IMG/VR virus record: IMGVR_UViG_3300002839_000006
Span: 17,703 to 81,702 of that record
Length of the DNA: 64,000 nucleotides
From: a virus
Lineage: Duplodnaviria; Caudoviricetes
Reading direction: 5' to 3' (one strand)
The notes under the pieces are model-generated. The model did not search any database, had not been told where the DNA came from, and was given only the letters and a program-made list of their open reading frames with translations. Positions 27,281 through 36,456 of the stretch are shown in pieces. The translations under genes were made by a program, and so were the position numbers. Numbering within the stretch: position 1 is the stretch's first letter; each line of letters starts with the position of its first letter.

Positions 27281-28887
27281 TCCTTCTCTCCTTTTTCTTT
27301 TATGTTGTATACTACACATTCTGTAGTAAGTAGTAGACCTGCTACACTGGCTGCGTTCTCCAGAGCAACCCGAGTTACCTTAGTAGGATCAATCACCCCT
27401 GTGTCAAAGAACAATTCATATTCTTCTGTGGCTACATTATAACCATGATCGATCACAAGTTCATTTGGGACGTTGATAACATTGTTAAGAATCACATCTT
27501 CTGGTAGTCCTGCATTACGCATTATCTGTCGGAAGGGTTCCTCTATGGCTTTCTTTATAATTGATACACCGAGTTTCTCATCCTCATTCTTTACTTTGAC
27601 ATCTTCAAGAACTTTGATACATCTCAGTAAAGCAACACCACCACCAGGAACTATACCTTCAGTTATGGCAGCCCTTGTAGCATTAAGTGCATCGTCGAAA
27701 CGATCCTTACGCTCCTTCATATCAACCTCTGATGTTCCACCTACATATATTACTGCTACACCCCCTGCCATCTTAGCAAGACGTTCCTTGAACCGTTCTT
27801 CATCATATGGACTTGGTGCATGATCAATCTGTGATCTTATTTCTTCTACCCTCTTTTTTATTTCTTCTTTATTACCTTCACCACCTATAATAGTAGTACT
27901 GTTTGCTGAAATGATAGCCTTAGTTGCCGAACCTAATTGGTCGATGTTGATATCTTCTAACATCATCCCGAGGTTATCGTCTACCACTGTTCCACCTGTT
28001 AGTACTGCAATATCTGACATAGAGTCCTTACGACTTGAACCATATCCAGGAGCCTTCACTGCGCAAACTAATACATTACCCTTAACCTTATTTATGATAA
28101 GTATTTGTAGTGCTGTACTATCTATCTCGTCAGTTAGAATAAGTAATGGTCTCTTCAATTCCATACTTATTTCCAATGCCCTAATAAGCTCTTGTGCTAA
28201 TGAGATTCTCTTATTGTTAAGTAGGATTAAAGGCTTGTCTAAGACAGCTTCATTCCTTGATTGATCAGTTATGAAATAGGGGGATAAGAATCCCTTAGGA
28301 AACTGCATACCTTCTACTACTGATAACTCAGTTTCATATCCAGAAGCTTCTTCAATCGAAATTACGCCATCTTTTGAAACTTTCTTAATTGCCTCTGATA
28401 TATTTTTACCTATTTCCTCATCACCGTTTGCTGATATAGTGGCTACCCTTGCCATATCATCCAAATCAGTTAGTGGCTTAGAAATCTCTTTCAACTTCTC
28501 TACTACTACCTTTACTGCTTTATCTATTCCTCTTTTCAAATCCATTGGACTGGCACCTGAATTAAGGTGTTTCAATCCTGTAGTGAATATGATTTGAGCA
28601 AGTACTGTAGCAGTGGTTGTACCGTCTCCCGCATCTGAATTTGTTCGGTGTGCCACGGACTTGATCAATCTTGCCCCCATGTTTTCTATAGGATCATAAA
28701 GATCAATACTTCTCGCTACGGAGACGCCATCTTTTGTTATAATTGGTTCACCTCCATATTGTTCTATAATTACATTTCTACCCTTAGCTCCCAAAGTTAC
28801 TTTGACAGCATCAGAAACTTTTATGATGCCTGCCTTTAGTCTTTGTCTGGCATCATCTTGAAACAAAATATCTTGTGATTGATTCAT
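27277..28887 (-). CDS. groEL: Chaperonin GroEL (phage-encoded)
   Basis: VTLGAKGRNV, ITKDGVSVA, AGDGTTTATVLA, GIVPGGGVALLR, GVIDPTKVTR; lacks the GGM tail. Confidence 0.97.
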   Translation of the reverse strand: MNQSQDILFQDDARQRLKAGIIKVSDAVKVTLGAKGRNVIIEQYGGEPIITKDGVSVARSIDLYDPIENMGARLIKSVAHRTNSDAGDGTTTATVLAQIIFTTGLKHLNSGASPMDLKRGIDKAVKVVVEKLKEISKPLTDLDDMARVATISANGDEEIGKNISEAIKKVSKDGVISIEEASGYETELSVVEGMQFPKGFLSPYFITDQSRNEAVLDKPLILLNNKRISLAQELIRALEISMELKRPLLILTDEIDSTALQILIINKVKGNVLVCAVKAPGYGSSRKDSMSDIAVLTGGTVVDDNLGMMLEDINIDQLGSATKAIISANSTTIIGGEGNKEEIKKRVEEIRSQIDHAPSPYDEERFKERLAKMAGGVAVIYVGGTSEVDMKERKDRFDDALNATRAAITEGIVPGGGVALLRCIKVLEDVKVKNEDEKLGVSIIKKAIEEPFRQIMRNAGLPEDVILNNVINVPNELVIDHGYNVATEEYELFFDTGVIDPTKVTRVALENAASVAGLLLTTECVVYNIKEKGEKE

Positions 28888-29054
28888 ATATAAAATTAGT
28901 TGTTTTAGTTTAAAATCTGTCTTTCCAGATTGCCAGTCCTGATGTAATTAACTGTTTAATTTTAACTCTCTTCCGAGAACAAGTGCAGCACCAATTTCGC
29001 ATTACACCCTAAGTATCAGACAGGAACACTTTTTAGAATTACCACACCTGCTGT

Positions 29055-29360
29055 TTATTTCTTCTTTACTTCTGGTTTCTTTGGTGCATTTGGATTTACA
29101 ATATTAATCATTTTACCATTTGGAATATTCAGGTAATTTATGACACTTTCAAATAAAACAGAATCTGCATACGTTCCTGATTTGTCTTTAGGTCTGAATT
29201 TTCCAGATACTATCTTAATAGCTGCATCTATGCTTTGTGGTAACGCAGTTGTTTGATACACCTGTATACTGTCAGGTTGTTTCTGCTGTTGTGGTTGAAC
29301 CTGTGCTAATGAGATTAAACTCATTGCGAGTAATACTAATAAAATTGATACTTTTCTCAT
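29055..29360 (-). CDS. Small secreted protein
   Basis: Signal MRKVSILLVLLAMSLISLA|Q. Confidence 0.65.
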   Translation of the reverse strand: MRKVSILLVLLAMSLISLAQVQPQQQKQPDSIQVYQTTALPQSIDAAIKIVSGKFRPKDKSGTYADSVLFESVINYLNIPNGKMINIVNPNAPKKPEVKKK

Positions 29361-29370
29361 TTTTCTGCTT

Positions 29371-29736
29371 TTATCTACTTATATAAATTGTTGCTTCTGG
29401 ATACTCAATACATGCATTCAAATACTCTTCAACGAATGGAACAAAGTTCTCATACATACCCCATCCATTGTCTGAATTGAATTTCTTATAGATTTCTGGT
29501 TCTTCTTTTAGTCTCTTTAAACCTTCTGTTAATGGTTCAATCAACTGCTTAGCAGTAGTTATATCTACTTCTTCAGGTCTCCAAAGTGCATAATAAATTC
29601 CTGCCTTTGAAGCCATCTCACCAAGATTGTGAGTAATATTTGAAGTGAATACTTGTTCATCTTCATACTCAACTTCGCCACATTTTGCACATTTATGCAA
29701 TGCTACTTTGTCATACAAACTTACATCTAAACTCAT
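29371..29736 (-). CDS. Conserved phage hypothetical protein
   Basis: MSLDVSL...NITHNLGEMA..AGIY.ALWRP...NGWG.YE pattern. Confidence 0.7.
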   Translation of the reverse strand: MSLDVSLYDKVALHKCAKCGEVEYEDEQVFTSNITHNLGEMASKAGIYYALWRPEEVDITTAKQLIEPLTEGLKRLKEEPEIYKKFNSDNGWGMYENFVPFVEEYLNACIEYPEATIYISR

Positions 29737-29738
29737 GA

Positions 29739-30209
29739 TTAATTATATTTGTCGATTAAATATTCTTTCTGATCTTTATACGATGCTAAAAAATCTGCAA
29801 CATAATTTCCGATTTCTTGTTCTGAATTACCCTTCTGGTGTCCTCTTACATGATTGAACTTCAACTTTAGTAGTGGTCTTATCTCAATCTCTTTGAGTAT
29901 TGCTCTCCACATATCGGTATTTGCTACGCCATTAAAATCTGTCATCTGCCATCTTACCAGCCTCTTCTCTGTAAATGTTTTGATAATATACTCTGAGTCG
30001 CTAAAAATCTCTGCTTTGATAGGTTGGTCCTTACTGAGTGTCTGAAGCGCCATGTGAAGTGCTCTGCCTTCCATTCTGCTTATTGTGGTGTCTTTATAAC
30101 CTGCTTGGAAATAGTGTTCTGTTTCTCCTTCAAGTATATATACACCTGCACCACCCATCCTTGTTTTGTGGTAAGTTGATCCGTCAACGAAAATTTTTAC
30201 TTCTTGCAT
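29739..30209 (-). CDS. rnhA: Ribonuclease HI
   Basis: IFVDGS, TISRME..A, IFSDSEY, N.DMW, HVRGH, N.VADFLA. Confidence 0.92.
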   Translation of the reverse strand: MQEVKIFVDGSTYHKTRMGGAGVYILEGETEHYFQAGYKDTTISRMEGRALHMALQTLSKDQPIKAEIFSDSEYIIKTFTEKRLVRWQMTDFNGVANTDMWRAILKEIEIRPLLKLKFNHVRGHQKGNSEQEIGNYVADFLASYKDQKEYLIDKYN

Positions 30210-30628
30210 TACTCTTCTAATTTCTCTTCAAAGTGAGTAATCGACTTAATAAAATCTGGATCAAGTTTTACTTCTTCACGATCAACATCCTCATAACCAT
30301 CTCCATCACTTATCTTAGACCACTCGGTGGTTACGATTTCTGTATAAGTGACTTTTGTTCCATCCCTACGTTCAACCTTCTTGTTCTTCAGTCTGCCTAT
30401 GATGTGTACCACGTCTCCTTTGTGTAGGAGCTCAACTGCATTGTGGCATATACTGTTCCACATGATTATGTTGTGGAAGTTCTTGTCGACTTTCCTCTCT
30501 CCTATGTTGCCGTAGAAGTCTCTTGTCTTCAAAGAAAATTGGACTGACTTCTTGTTATTTGGAAATTCCTTTTCTACTGGATCATTGGCTACATAGCCGA
30601 GCATTATTACTAGATTTGTTGTTTGCAT
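30209..30628 (-). CDS. ssb: Bacterial-type single-stranded DNA-binding protein
   Basis: N.V.MLG.V..DP, FSL.T, FHNI..W, KGD.V.I.GRL, YTEIV. Confidence 0.88.
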   Translation of the reverse strand: MQTTNLVIMLGYVANDPVEKEFPNNKKSVQFSLKTRDFYGNIGERKVDKNFHNIIMWNSICHNAVELLHKGDVVHIIGRLKNKKVERRDGTKVTYTEIVTTEWSKISDGDGYEDVDREEVKLDPDFIKSITHFEEKLEE

Positions 30629-30637
30629 GTTCTATTC

Positions 30638-30847
30638 TTAGTTCAAATTTAGATTATATGGCAGTGGAATATACACTGATTTTTTAATAAAATCGTATTT
30701 ACTTGTAATATCAACAGAATATCTCACCTTAAATCCATTACAATATTTGCATATATTACTGGAAGTTACCCATCTATTCAATTTATTATCAAATATCTGG
30801 GATGTCCCCTTTCCATTACATGGTAAGCACTTACTAATATTTGCCAT
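30638..30847 (-). CDS. Small DnaJ-type zinc-finger protein
   Basis: CLPCNGKG...CKYCNG. Confidence 0.6.
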   Translation of the reverse strand: MANISKCLPCNGKGTSQIFDNKLNRWVTSSNICKYCNGFKVRYSVDITSKYDFIKKSVYIPLPYNLNLN

Positions 30848-31005
30848 TACTTTATTTTTTCAAATATAATATTATTTTCTTGATTCCTCAATGTTTTTGA
30901 ATGATCATTTTTCCCTAAACTTATTTGAGTGGGTATTATATTAAAAGCCTTGCATTTTAATAAACCGATATAATTATCACAGTTTAAACATCTTAAATTT
31001 TGCAT
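30847..31005 (-). CDS. Small Cys/His protein coupled to the zincin effector (52 aa, absent from the ORF track)
   Basis: Manual translation MQNLRCLNCDNYIGLLKCKAFNIIPTQISLGKNDHSKTLRNQENNIIFEKIK*; TAATG overlaps at both ends. Confidence 0.7.
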   Translation of the reverse strand: MQNLRCLNCDNYIGLLKCKAFNIIPTQISLGKNDHSKTLRNQENNIIFEKIK

Positions 31006-31970
31006 TACGCGAGTATTTTATTTTGTTTCTCGATAAGTCTTATCATTACAGCATCTTTTAATTTTTTATTTCTATAAAGAGCATTTGATTCTGCCCAAAA
31101 TTCGTTATATTCTGTCATGGCATAGTCGGTATATAATTTTTTAAGTGACACGTCAACCATTACTTCAGAATATCTTTTTGCTATTTCCTTGTTAATTTTA
31201 CTTTTTATTATTCTTGAATCAGCCTGTACTGCGTGTGTCCATTCATGCTCAATGACGTATTTTATTCTTTCTTCGTATGTCTCTGCATATTGAGAAGATG
31301 AAAAATATTCAGGTGATTCTCTTAACGCTTTCTGATATTCATGGAGTCTGTTTTTTAATTTCGGAATATCGCTATCCCATCCTAAATCTTTGTACTCCTT
31401 TATTTCTTTTTCAATATCAGATATATTTCTATTTATCCTAACATAGTTTGATGTGTTTTTATCAAACCCATTTTTGATTTCTTTTGTGTTTATACTCAAC
31501 TCGGCATCATCCCTTATTGCTAAAACGCCACCTTCAGTCCATGTCTTATTTAAGTACTCAAACTTTTTAAGCGTTATTCCTGTTTCTTTTTTTAACACAA
31601 TTAGCTCTTTATTTATAGTATTAATGTCATGTAACGTGAACCCATCAGCGTTTACAGATTTTGATATTGAATTATTCAAAATGAAATCTTCTGCTTTTAT
31701 CATGTTACCCGAAGGAACAAATTCAACTGTATTAATCTTCAATTCTGCCTTTGGATATTCTTTCTTCTCCTCAACTTTTGGCTTGTCTTCTTTTATCACC
31801 TGCCAGTCATTATTTGAGTCACCAGTGTCTGATATCTTCTTGTACTGTTTGTCTCCATAAGTTCTGATAGTTCCAATAGGTAGCTTTCTTCCCTTCTCTA
31901 TGTAGGAGTTGTCCACTCTTTCTCTTTGTGATGTGAATTCGTCCTGTATGTCCTTATGAATGTCAGTCAT
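31005..31970 (-). CDS. Head-associated family protein 3 with C-terminal zincin (HExxH) domain
   Basis: N-terminal YIEKGRKLPIGTIRTYGDKQYKKISDTGDSNNDWQVIK; C-terminal VIEHEWTH...YAMTEYNEFWAE. Confidence 0.75.
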   Translation of the reverse strand: MTDIHKDIQDEFTSQRERVDNSYIEKGRKLPIGTIRTYGDKQYKKISDTGDSNNDWQVIKEDKPKVEEKKEYPKAELKINTVEFVPSGNMIKAEDFILNNSISKSVNADGFTLHDINTINKELIVLKKETGITLKKFEYLNKTWTEGGVLAIRDDAELSINTKEIKNGFDKNTSNYVRINRNISDIEKEIKEYKDLGWDSDIPKLKNRLHEYQKALRESPEYFSSSQYAETYEERIKYVIEHEWTHAVQADSRIIKSKINKEIAKRYSEVMVDVSLKKLYTDYAMTEYNEFWAESNALYRNKKLKDAVMIRLIEKQNKILA

Positions 31971-31974
31971 CTTA

Positions 31975-32226
31975 TTAATTTAAACTCTGATTACAATCTT
32001 TACAAGGGTTCTCTTCATCTTCATAAAACTCTTCACATAATCTAAGATATTCTGTTTTGGCTACGTCTAAGATACCAATACCTTCATAAGTATTGTAGGA
32101 TCCAAAGATAGTTGCTTGAACAGCTATAAATTCTGCCATGTCAGCTTTCTCTCCTTTTGGTGTTTCTTGAATTGTCTTCTGTATGAAATCAGAGACCTTA
32201 TCTTTTAAACTTTTCTTTTCTGCCAT
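31975..32226 (-). CDS. Hypothetical protein
   Basis: 83-aa ORF. Confidence 0.55.
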   Translation of the reverse strand: MAEKKSLKDKVSDFIQKTIQETPKGEKADMAEFIAVQATIFGSYNTYEGIGILDVAKTEYLRLCEEFYEDEENPCKDCNQSLN

Positions 32227-32229
32227 ATT

Positions 32230-32658
32230 CTATTTTATTAATTCGTTTACGATTGAATTGATAGCTTGATAATCCTTTACACGGTTGTGAGCCTTCTTGT
32301 GATTGATAACTGACATCACCGTACCATATTTGATATAATTCATGTAGACAAAAGGACGTGTAAATTTCTCAACTACAAATGCATTGAATTTAACTCCTTT
32401 GTACATGAAATCAAATCTTGAACCTTCACTATAGTTTTTACATTCACTTGGTGAACCAATTGAAAGAAAAGCTAATCCTATAAGTACATTTGTGTTTGAC
32501 TTCTCAACTTCTATATCAATATCAGTGATAGGGAGATCAAAACCACCACACATAACTAATGCCATTGAACCACCTACGATGAAGTCTTTTACAAGATTAT
32601 TTCTAAAATCTATGATGACTTCTTCTAACTCTTGAAACTTTAACTGTCTTTCTTCCAT
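32230..32658 (-). CDS. Pol-beta-type nucleotidyltransferase-like protein
   Basis: IVGGS.AL...DIDI motif. Confidence 0.65.
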   Translation of the reverse strand: MEERQLKFQELEEVIIDFRNNLVKDFIVGGSMALVMCGGFDLPITDIDIEVEKSNTNVLIGLAFLSIGSPSECKNYSEGSRFDFMYKGVKFNAFVVEKFTRPFVYMNYIKYGTVMSVINHKKAHNRVKDYQAINSIVNELIK

Positions 32659-32735
32659 TTTCTTCTCGTTTTTGAATTATACCGTAAAATTAAATAAAAT
32701 TTCAATACAAACCATTTTTATTATAAAATAACTCT

Positions 32736-32758
32736 TAATTTATAATCGTTTTAAATAA
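32736..32758. promoter_or_regulatory. 23-bp palindromic site, 51 bp from TAAAATT box at 32685
   Basis: TAATTTATAA-TCG-TTTTAAATAA. Confidence 0.65.
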
Positions 32759-34457
32759 ATTCCTCAATCAAGTCTTGCATATACTTCTGAGTATAAACCT
32801 CTTGATGTGCATTTACTTGGTCTGTCACCTTTCTCTTTTTAAGTAGCATCTTCCACATTTTATCGTCTATTGAACAGTTACCCAATAAATAATAAATACT
32901 CATCTTGTGTTCCTGACCATCACGATCTATACGAGAAGTTAACTGGTCGACGTCCGTCCAACGCCATGGTAATTCATATACCATCATATTGGAACATATG
33001 AATTGCAGTCCATCTACACCTACACCACCTGTGAGCATATTCATGAATAGTATACGTTTGCTATTCACTTGGAAGTCATCTACTATCTCTTGTCTCTTCT
33101 TAGGGTTGACATCTCCGATAAGGTGATCACATTTATATTTCTTGGATAGGAGTTTGATATTCTCAACATACAACCCTGCTACCACTAATTTCTCCGTAGA
33201 GGACTCTAAGAAGTCATCCAACCACTCAATCAACTCATTCATCTTGCCATCGGCAGAAAGTTTCCTGAGGGTATTTATAAGGACTAATTGCTCAGCATTC
33301 TCTGCACTATCAGCTTTCAATTGCCCTTGCTTTCTTCTTATGTAGGAGATCAAATCAACTTCTGCTGATTTATATTCTTTCTCGTTACTTATATCTACAT
33401 TCAATATAGTTTCTTCCATGTCAGGAAGCTCAGTTAATACCTCTCTCTTTTGTACCCGGAAATAACATTGTTGTCTTAGTTTCTGATTTAGTTCAAGTGT
33501 GTTTGTCGCACCTGAAGTATCTATCCCATATTGGGTCTCTGTTGCTCCGCAGTATCTATATACAAAGTCTCTCCAATTACCAAATATAGAATCGAATTGG
33601 CTTATTATTCCGAGTGGTGTTATGATCTCTACAGGTCTGTTCATAATAGCAGTCCCTGTAAGTAGGAACCTGTAGTCTATCTTCTTTGAGAGCTTCTTAA
33701 TAGCCTTTGTTCTTATTGCTGTGTTATTCTTTAGATATTGTGATTCATCAGCTATAAAACTCTTAAATAGGAGTCCATCCATCTGCTCGTACTTGTAGAT
33801 TATCTTCTCTTTTTCCTCATCTTTTACTTTCTCAATGATCTTCTTACCTACAGCATTGTAAGTCATAATCAATACGTCAGCAGTGAAATCTGAGTCTTTG
33901 TTCTCTATTACTGATACCGATCTATTTGGGTTCACCCTCTTCCATTGTTTCTCCCAATTATACTTCACTGATGAGGGGACTACTGCTACGCAGGGAAATA
34001 GGTTCTCAAGCTCTATAGTGAATATAGTGGTGAATGTTTTGCCTGTTCCTTGCTCAGAGCCATTTATACATCTCTTGCTTATCAGATTGTATGCTATCCC
34101 TCTTATTTGATATGGTCTGGGATACAATAGTAATTGTTTAGATTGTTGTAAGGCTTCTAATTGTTCATTCAGTGATGGTATCCTTTGGTCTAACACCGTC
34201 TCTATATCATTTAATAGGATTATGTCGTTCTCTGGTGAACCTGTGTTAGACACGCTTAAATTAACTAATTCATATTTCTCAATAAGAGCTTTTACTTGTG
34301 TAGAAGAAGAAAAAGAAATAGGGGCATCCCAACACTTCTTATCCATATCATACTTCCTACCCACTATCTCTTTCACATCTGATATGAAATCTGAATTATA
34401 TCTGGTAGTGAAGTATATTCTCTCATTCTTTATTATGTAGGAGCCAAGTGAACTCAT
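32751..34457 (-). CDS. SNF2/SMARCAL1-like helicase with N-terminal HARP-like domain
   Basis: EQGTGKT, IADESQ, LLTGTAIMNRP, GGVGVDGLQ, DQ..SRI.R.GQ; likely start MSSLGSY at 34457. Confidence 0.9.
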   Translation of the reverse strand: MSSLGSYIIKNERIYFTTRYNSDFISDVKEIVGRKYDMDKKCWDAPISFSSSTQVKALIEKYELVNLSVSNTGSPENDIILLNDIETVLDQRIPSLNEQLEALQQSKQLLLYPRPYQIRGIAYNLISKRCINGSEQGTGKTFTTIFTIELENLFPCVAVVPSSVKYNWEKQWKRVNPNRSVSVIENKDSDFTADVLIMTYNAVGKKIIEKVKDEEKEKIIYKYEQMDGLLFKSFIADESQYLKNNTAIRTKAIKKLSKKIDYRFLLTGTAIMNRPVEIITPLGIISQFDSIFGNWRDFVYRYCGATETQYGIDTSGATNTLELNQKLRQQCYFRVQKREVLTELPDMEETILNVDISNEKEYKSAEVDLISYIRRKQGQLKADSAENAEQLVLINTLRKLSADGKMNELIEWLDDFLESSTEKLVVAGLYVENIKLLSKKYKCDHLIGDVNPKKRQEIVDDFQVNSKRILFMNMLTGGVGVDGLQFICSNMMVYELPWRWTDVDQLTSRIDRDGQEHKMSIYYLLGNCSIDDKMWKMLLKKRKVTDQVNAHQEVYTQKYMQDLIEEFI

Positions 34458-34494
34458 AATGTCGAAATTTAATGTTAAAAATAAAAAGATTTGT

Positions 34495-34667
34495 ACCGAC
34501 ATTTTTTGTCGGTCTACTTCCTACCCTTTAACTTATACTATAGAATATATAAATAATATATAATAATAATATAAGCATATATCCTAATAGTCTCTTATAT
34601 GGGGTATTTTGTATATTATAATACCTAATTAGTAGATTATAGGGGCAAATTAATCTATTATAAGGGG
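34495..34667. repeat. Iteron-like direct repeats, AT-rich tract and inverted repeat (candidate replication origin)
   Basis: AATAGTCTCTTATATGGGG (34586-34604), AATTAGTAGATTATAGGGG (34627-34645), AATTAATCTATTATAAGGGG (34648-34667); AT-rich tract ~34535-34580; ACCGACA-TTTTT-TGTCGGT (34495-34513). Confidence 0.55.
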
Positions 34668-34678
34668 TAATTAATATA

Positions 34679-35062
34679 TTAATTGCCAAACTCTTTCTTA
34701 AGTTCATCAAAAACTGACTTTCTATACTCTTTAGACTCATCAGTAAGAAAGACCTTTACATGATTAATAGTAATGTATCTCTTATCAACTTCTTTCGGAG
34801 AATGAGACTTATAAGAATAAGTAACATCAATATATTTAAGATCCCTCAACTTACTTAGAATTTGACTGACCCTACTCTTACTTAACCCCATAAAATCAGC
34901 CAGCCATGCATTAGAAGCAAAGAACCCAAATTTTGTTTTACTGAAAGAATTTATTTCTGCCAGAACAAACTTCTCAGCTATTAATAAATCTTCTGCATTC
35001 CATATAGCAGCTGGAATCCAAATCCCTACAAATCCTCTTTCATTATTTTTTATTTCTTCCAT
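34679..35062 (-). CDS. Short winged-HTH replication-initiator-like protein
   Basis: GFVGIWIP..IW...L...EKF.LAEI.SF...FASN..LA.F.GLS..RVSQI.SKL...YI, the typical N-terminus of phage O/DnaD-like initiators. Confidence 0.75.
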   Translation of the reverse strand: MEEIKNNERGFVGIWIPAAIWNAEDLLIAEKFVLAEINSFSKTKFGFFASNAWLADFMGLSKSRVSQILSKLRDLKYIDVTYSYKSHSPKEVDKRYITINHVKVFLTDESKEYRKSVFDELKKEFGN

Positions 35063-35081
35063 TTTTATTTAAATAAAGTCA

Positions 35082-35672
35082 TTAATTCTCGTCTTTTAAT
35101 ATTTTTAAATAGTTATCTTCATTAGTCCAACAAAGATCATTTAAAGGAACATTTTTTAATCTCTCATCACGTTTTTTACGCTTTTCATCATCTATAATTT
35201 TTTGTTTTTCCCACCTGTGTTGATCTTCAATAGAACTACAACTTGATTTATGACTATAATAAGATCTTATAAAAACAATTCCTTTAGAATCAACATAAGG
35301 GATATCACCTATAAAAACAACATTGAAACTTCTACCATGAACATTATTTCTGTATAAACCATCAAATGGTAAAAATCTTAAATTAGAAGATATCATTCTG
35401 TTGTATTTAGGTCTAAGAAAGAAAATTAAATATGATTCAAAGAATAGTGCTCTTTTCTTATTAACCTTTCTAATAAATATTTTATTGAAAATTTTGTTAC
35501 TTGAAATGTGATCAACAAGCCTATGATTTACTTTAAAAGTCTGACCTACATAAACTATATCTTCATCATTTACTAGTAAATAAATAAAATATTGCCCTGG
35601 ACAATCTATAAAGAATTCCTCTTTAGGGTTGATTTCAATGAATTTCTTTAAATTAATTTTACTGATGTTCAT
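35082..35672 (-). CDS. GIY-YIG nuclease-domain protein
   Basis: FIYLL...IVYVGQT...RL.DH...E..LI..L.PKYN. Confidence 0.8.
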   Translation of the reverse strand: MNISKINLKKFIEINPKEEFFIDCPGQYFIYLLVNDEDIVYVGQTFKVNHRLVDHISSNKIFNKIFIRKVNKKRALFFESYLIFFLRPKYNRMISSNLRFLPFDGLYRNNVHGRSFNVVFIGDIPYVDSKGIVFIRSYYSHKSSCSSIEDQHRWEKQKIIDDEKRKKRDERLKNVPLNDLCWTNEDNYLKILKDEN

Positions 35673-35809
35673 GTTTGATATTTTTAATTTATGTCACTAA
35701 ATAAAAACCTAAAGGGTAATCGAGACGTGTGACACCGAAGTCGAAAGAGAGCTACTCCTGTCCCCTGAAAGGAATTATAAAATTAATATAAATTTTTGAA
35801 TAATTAAAA

Positions 35810-36127
35810 TTACTTCTTTTCCGCCTCTTTTCTTTGTCTTAGATATCCAACTATATCTGAAATGTCCCAGCCATCTCTATCATCTTCAAATATAGATGAG
35901 AAGTCGATATAGGAATTATCGCATCCCATATCATCTCCAGCAGGACTATGTTCAAGCATGGCAGACACTTCTTCAAACTTGTCTTCTTTAATAAGTTCTA
36001 CTACTGTTTCTAGAATTTCAAGTGCTGCTTCTTTGCACTTTTCAAATTGAATCTTATAGATTTCTTTCTCTGAGACTCCGAATTGTTTCAGATATCTCTG
36101 CGTTTCTTCTTCAAATATTTTGTCCAT
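35810..36127 (-). CDS. Hypothetical protein
   Basis: 105-aa ORF. Confidence 0.55.
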   Translation of the reverse strand: MDKIFEEETQRYLKQFGVSEKEIYKIQFEKCKEAALEILETVVELIKEDKFEEVSAMLEHSPAGDDMGCDNSYIDFSSIFEDDRDGWDISDIVGYLRQRKEAEKK

Positions 36128-36133
36128 CGCTTT

Positions 36134-36454
36134 TTATTTTTTAACAGGTTTTTCAGTTTTATACTTCCCGATTATATGGCTTCCAAATGGTGTATCTTGA
36201 AAATCAAGTAGTGAGTATTTGTCAATATTTTTAGGTCTGTGCTCCATGATCATATCTATCACGCTGTTTGGTGACTTATATTTTCTGTAAACAACACCAT
36301 TTCTTTGCATTGATCTAATCTCTTCTTGATCGCAAGCATTCATCCACATTGTTGAAGTCTTTGGCTGGTAACAAACATAAACGGGATTAAGAAAACTGTG
36401 TGTAGATGAGAACTCAATATAATTATCTCCATATTGTATCTGGACGTAACTCAT
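36134..36454 (-). CDS. Hypothetical protein
   Basis: 106-aa ORF. Confidence 0.55.
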   Translation of the reverse strand: MSYVQIQYGDNYIEFSSTHSFLNPVYVCYQPKTSTMWMNACDQEEIRSMQRNGVVYRKYKSPNSVIDMIMEHRPKNIDKYSLLDFQDTPFGSHIIGKYKTEKPVKK

Positions 36455-36456
36455 TT

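Noticed and set aside
28905-29050. Hammerhead ribozyme or CIRCE operator upstream of groEL
   Set aside because: CTGATAC does not match the CUGAnGA core, and no TTAGCACTC-N9-GAGTGCTAA is present. The region is kept only as a generic structured leader.
34528-34740. 70-aa ORF with PYN repeats as a real gene or frameshifted initiator C-terminus
   Set aside because: Its repeats simply translate the iteron-like DNA and AT tract, it overlaps the initiator in another frame, and I see no slippery site.
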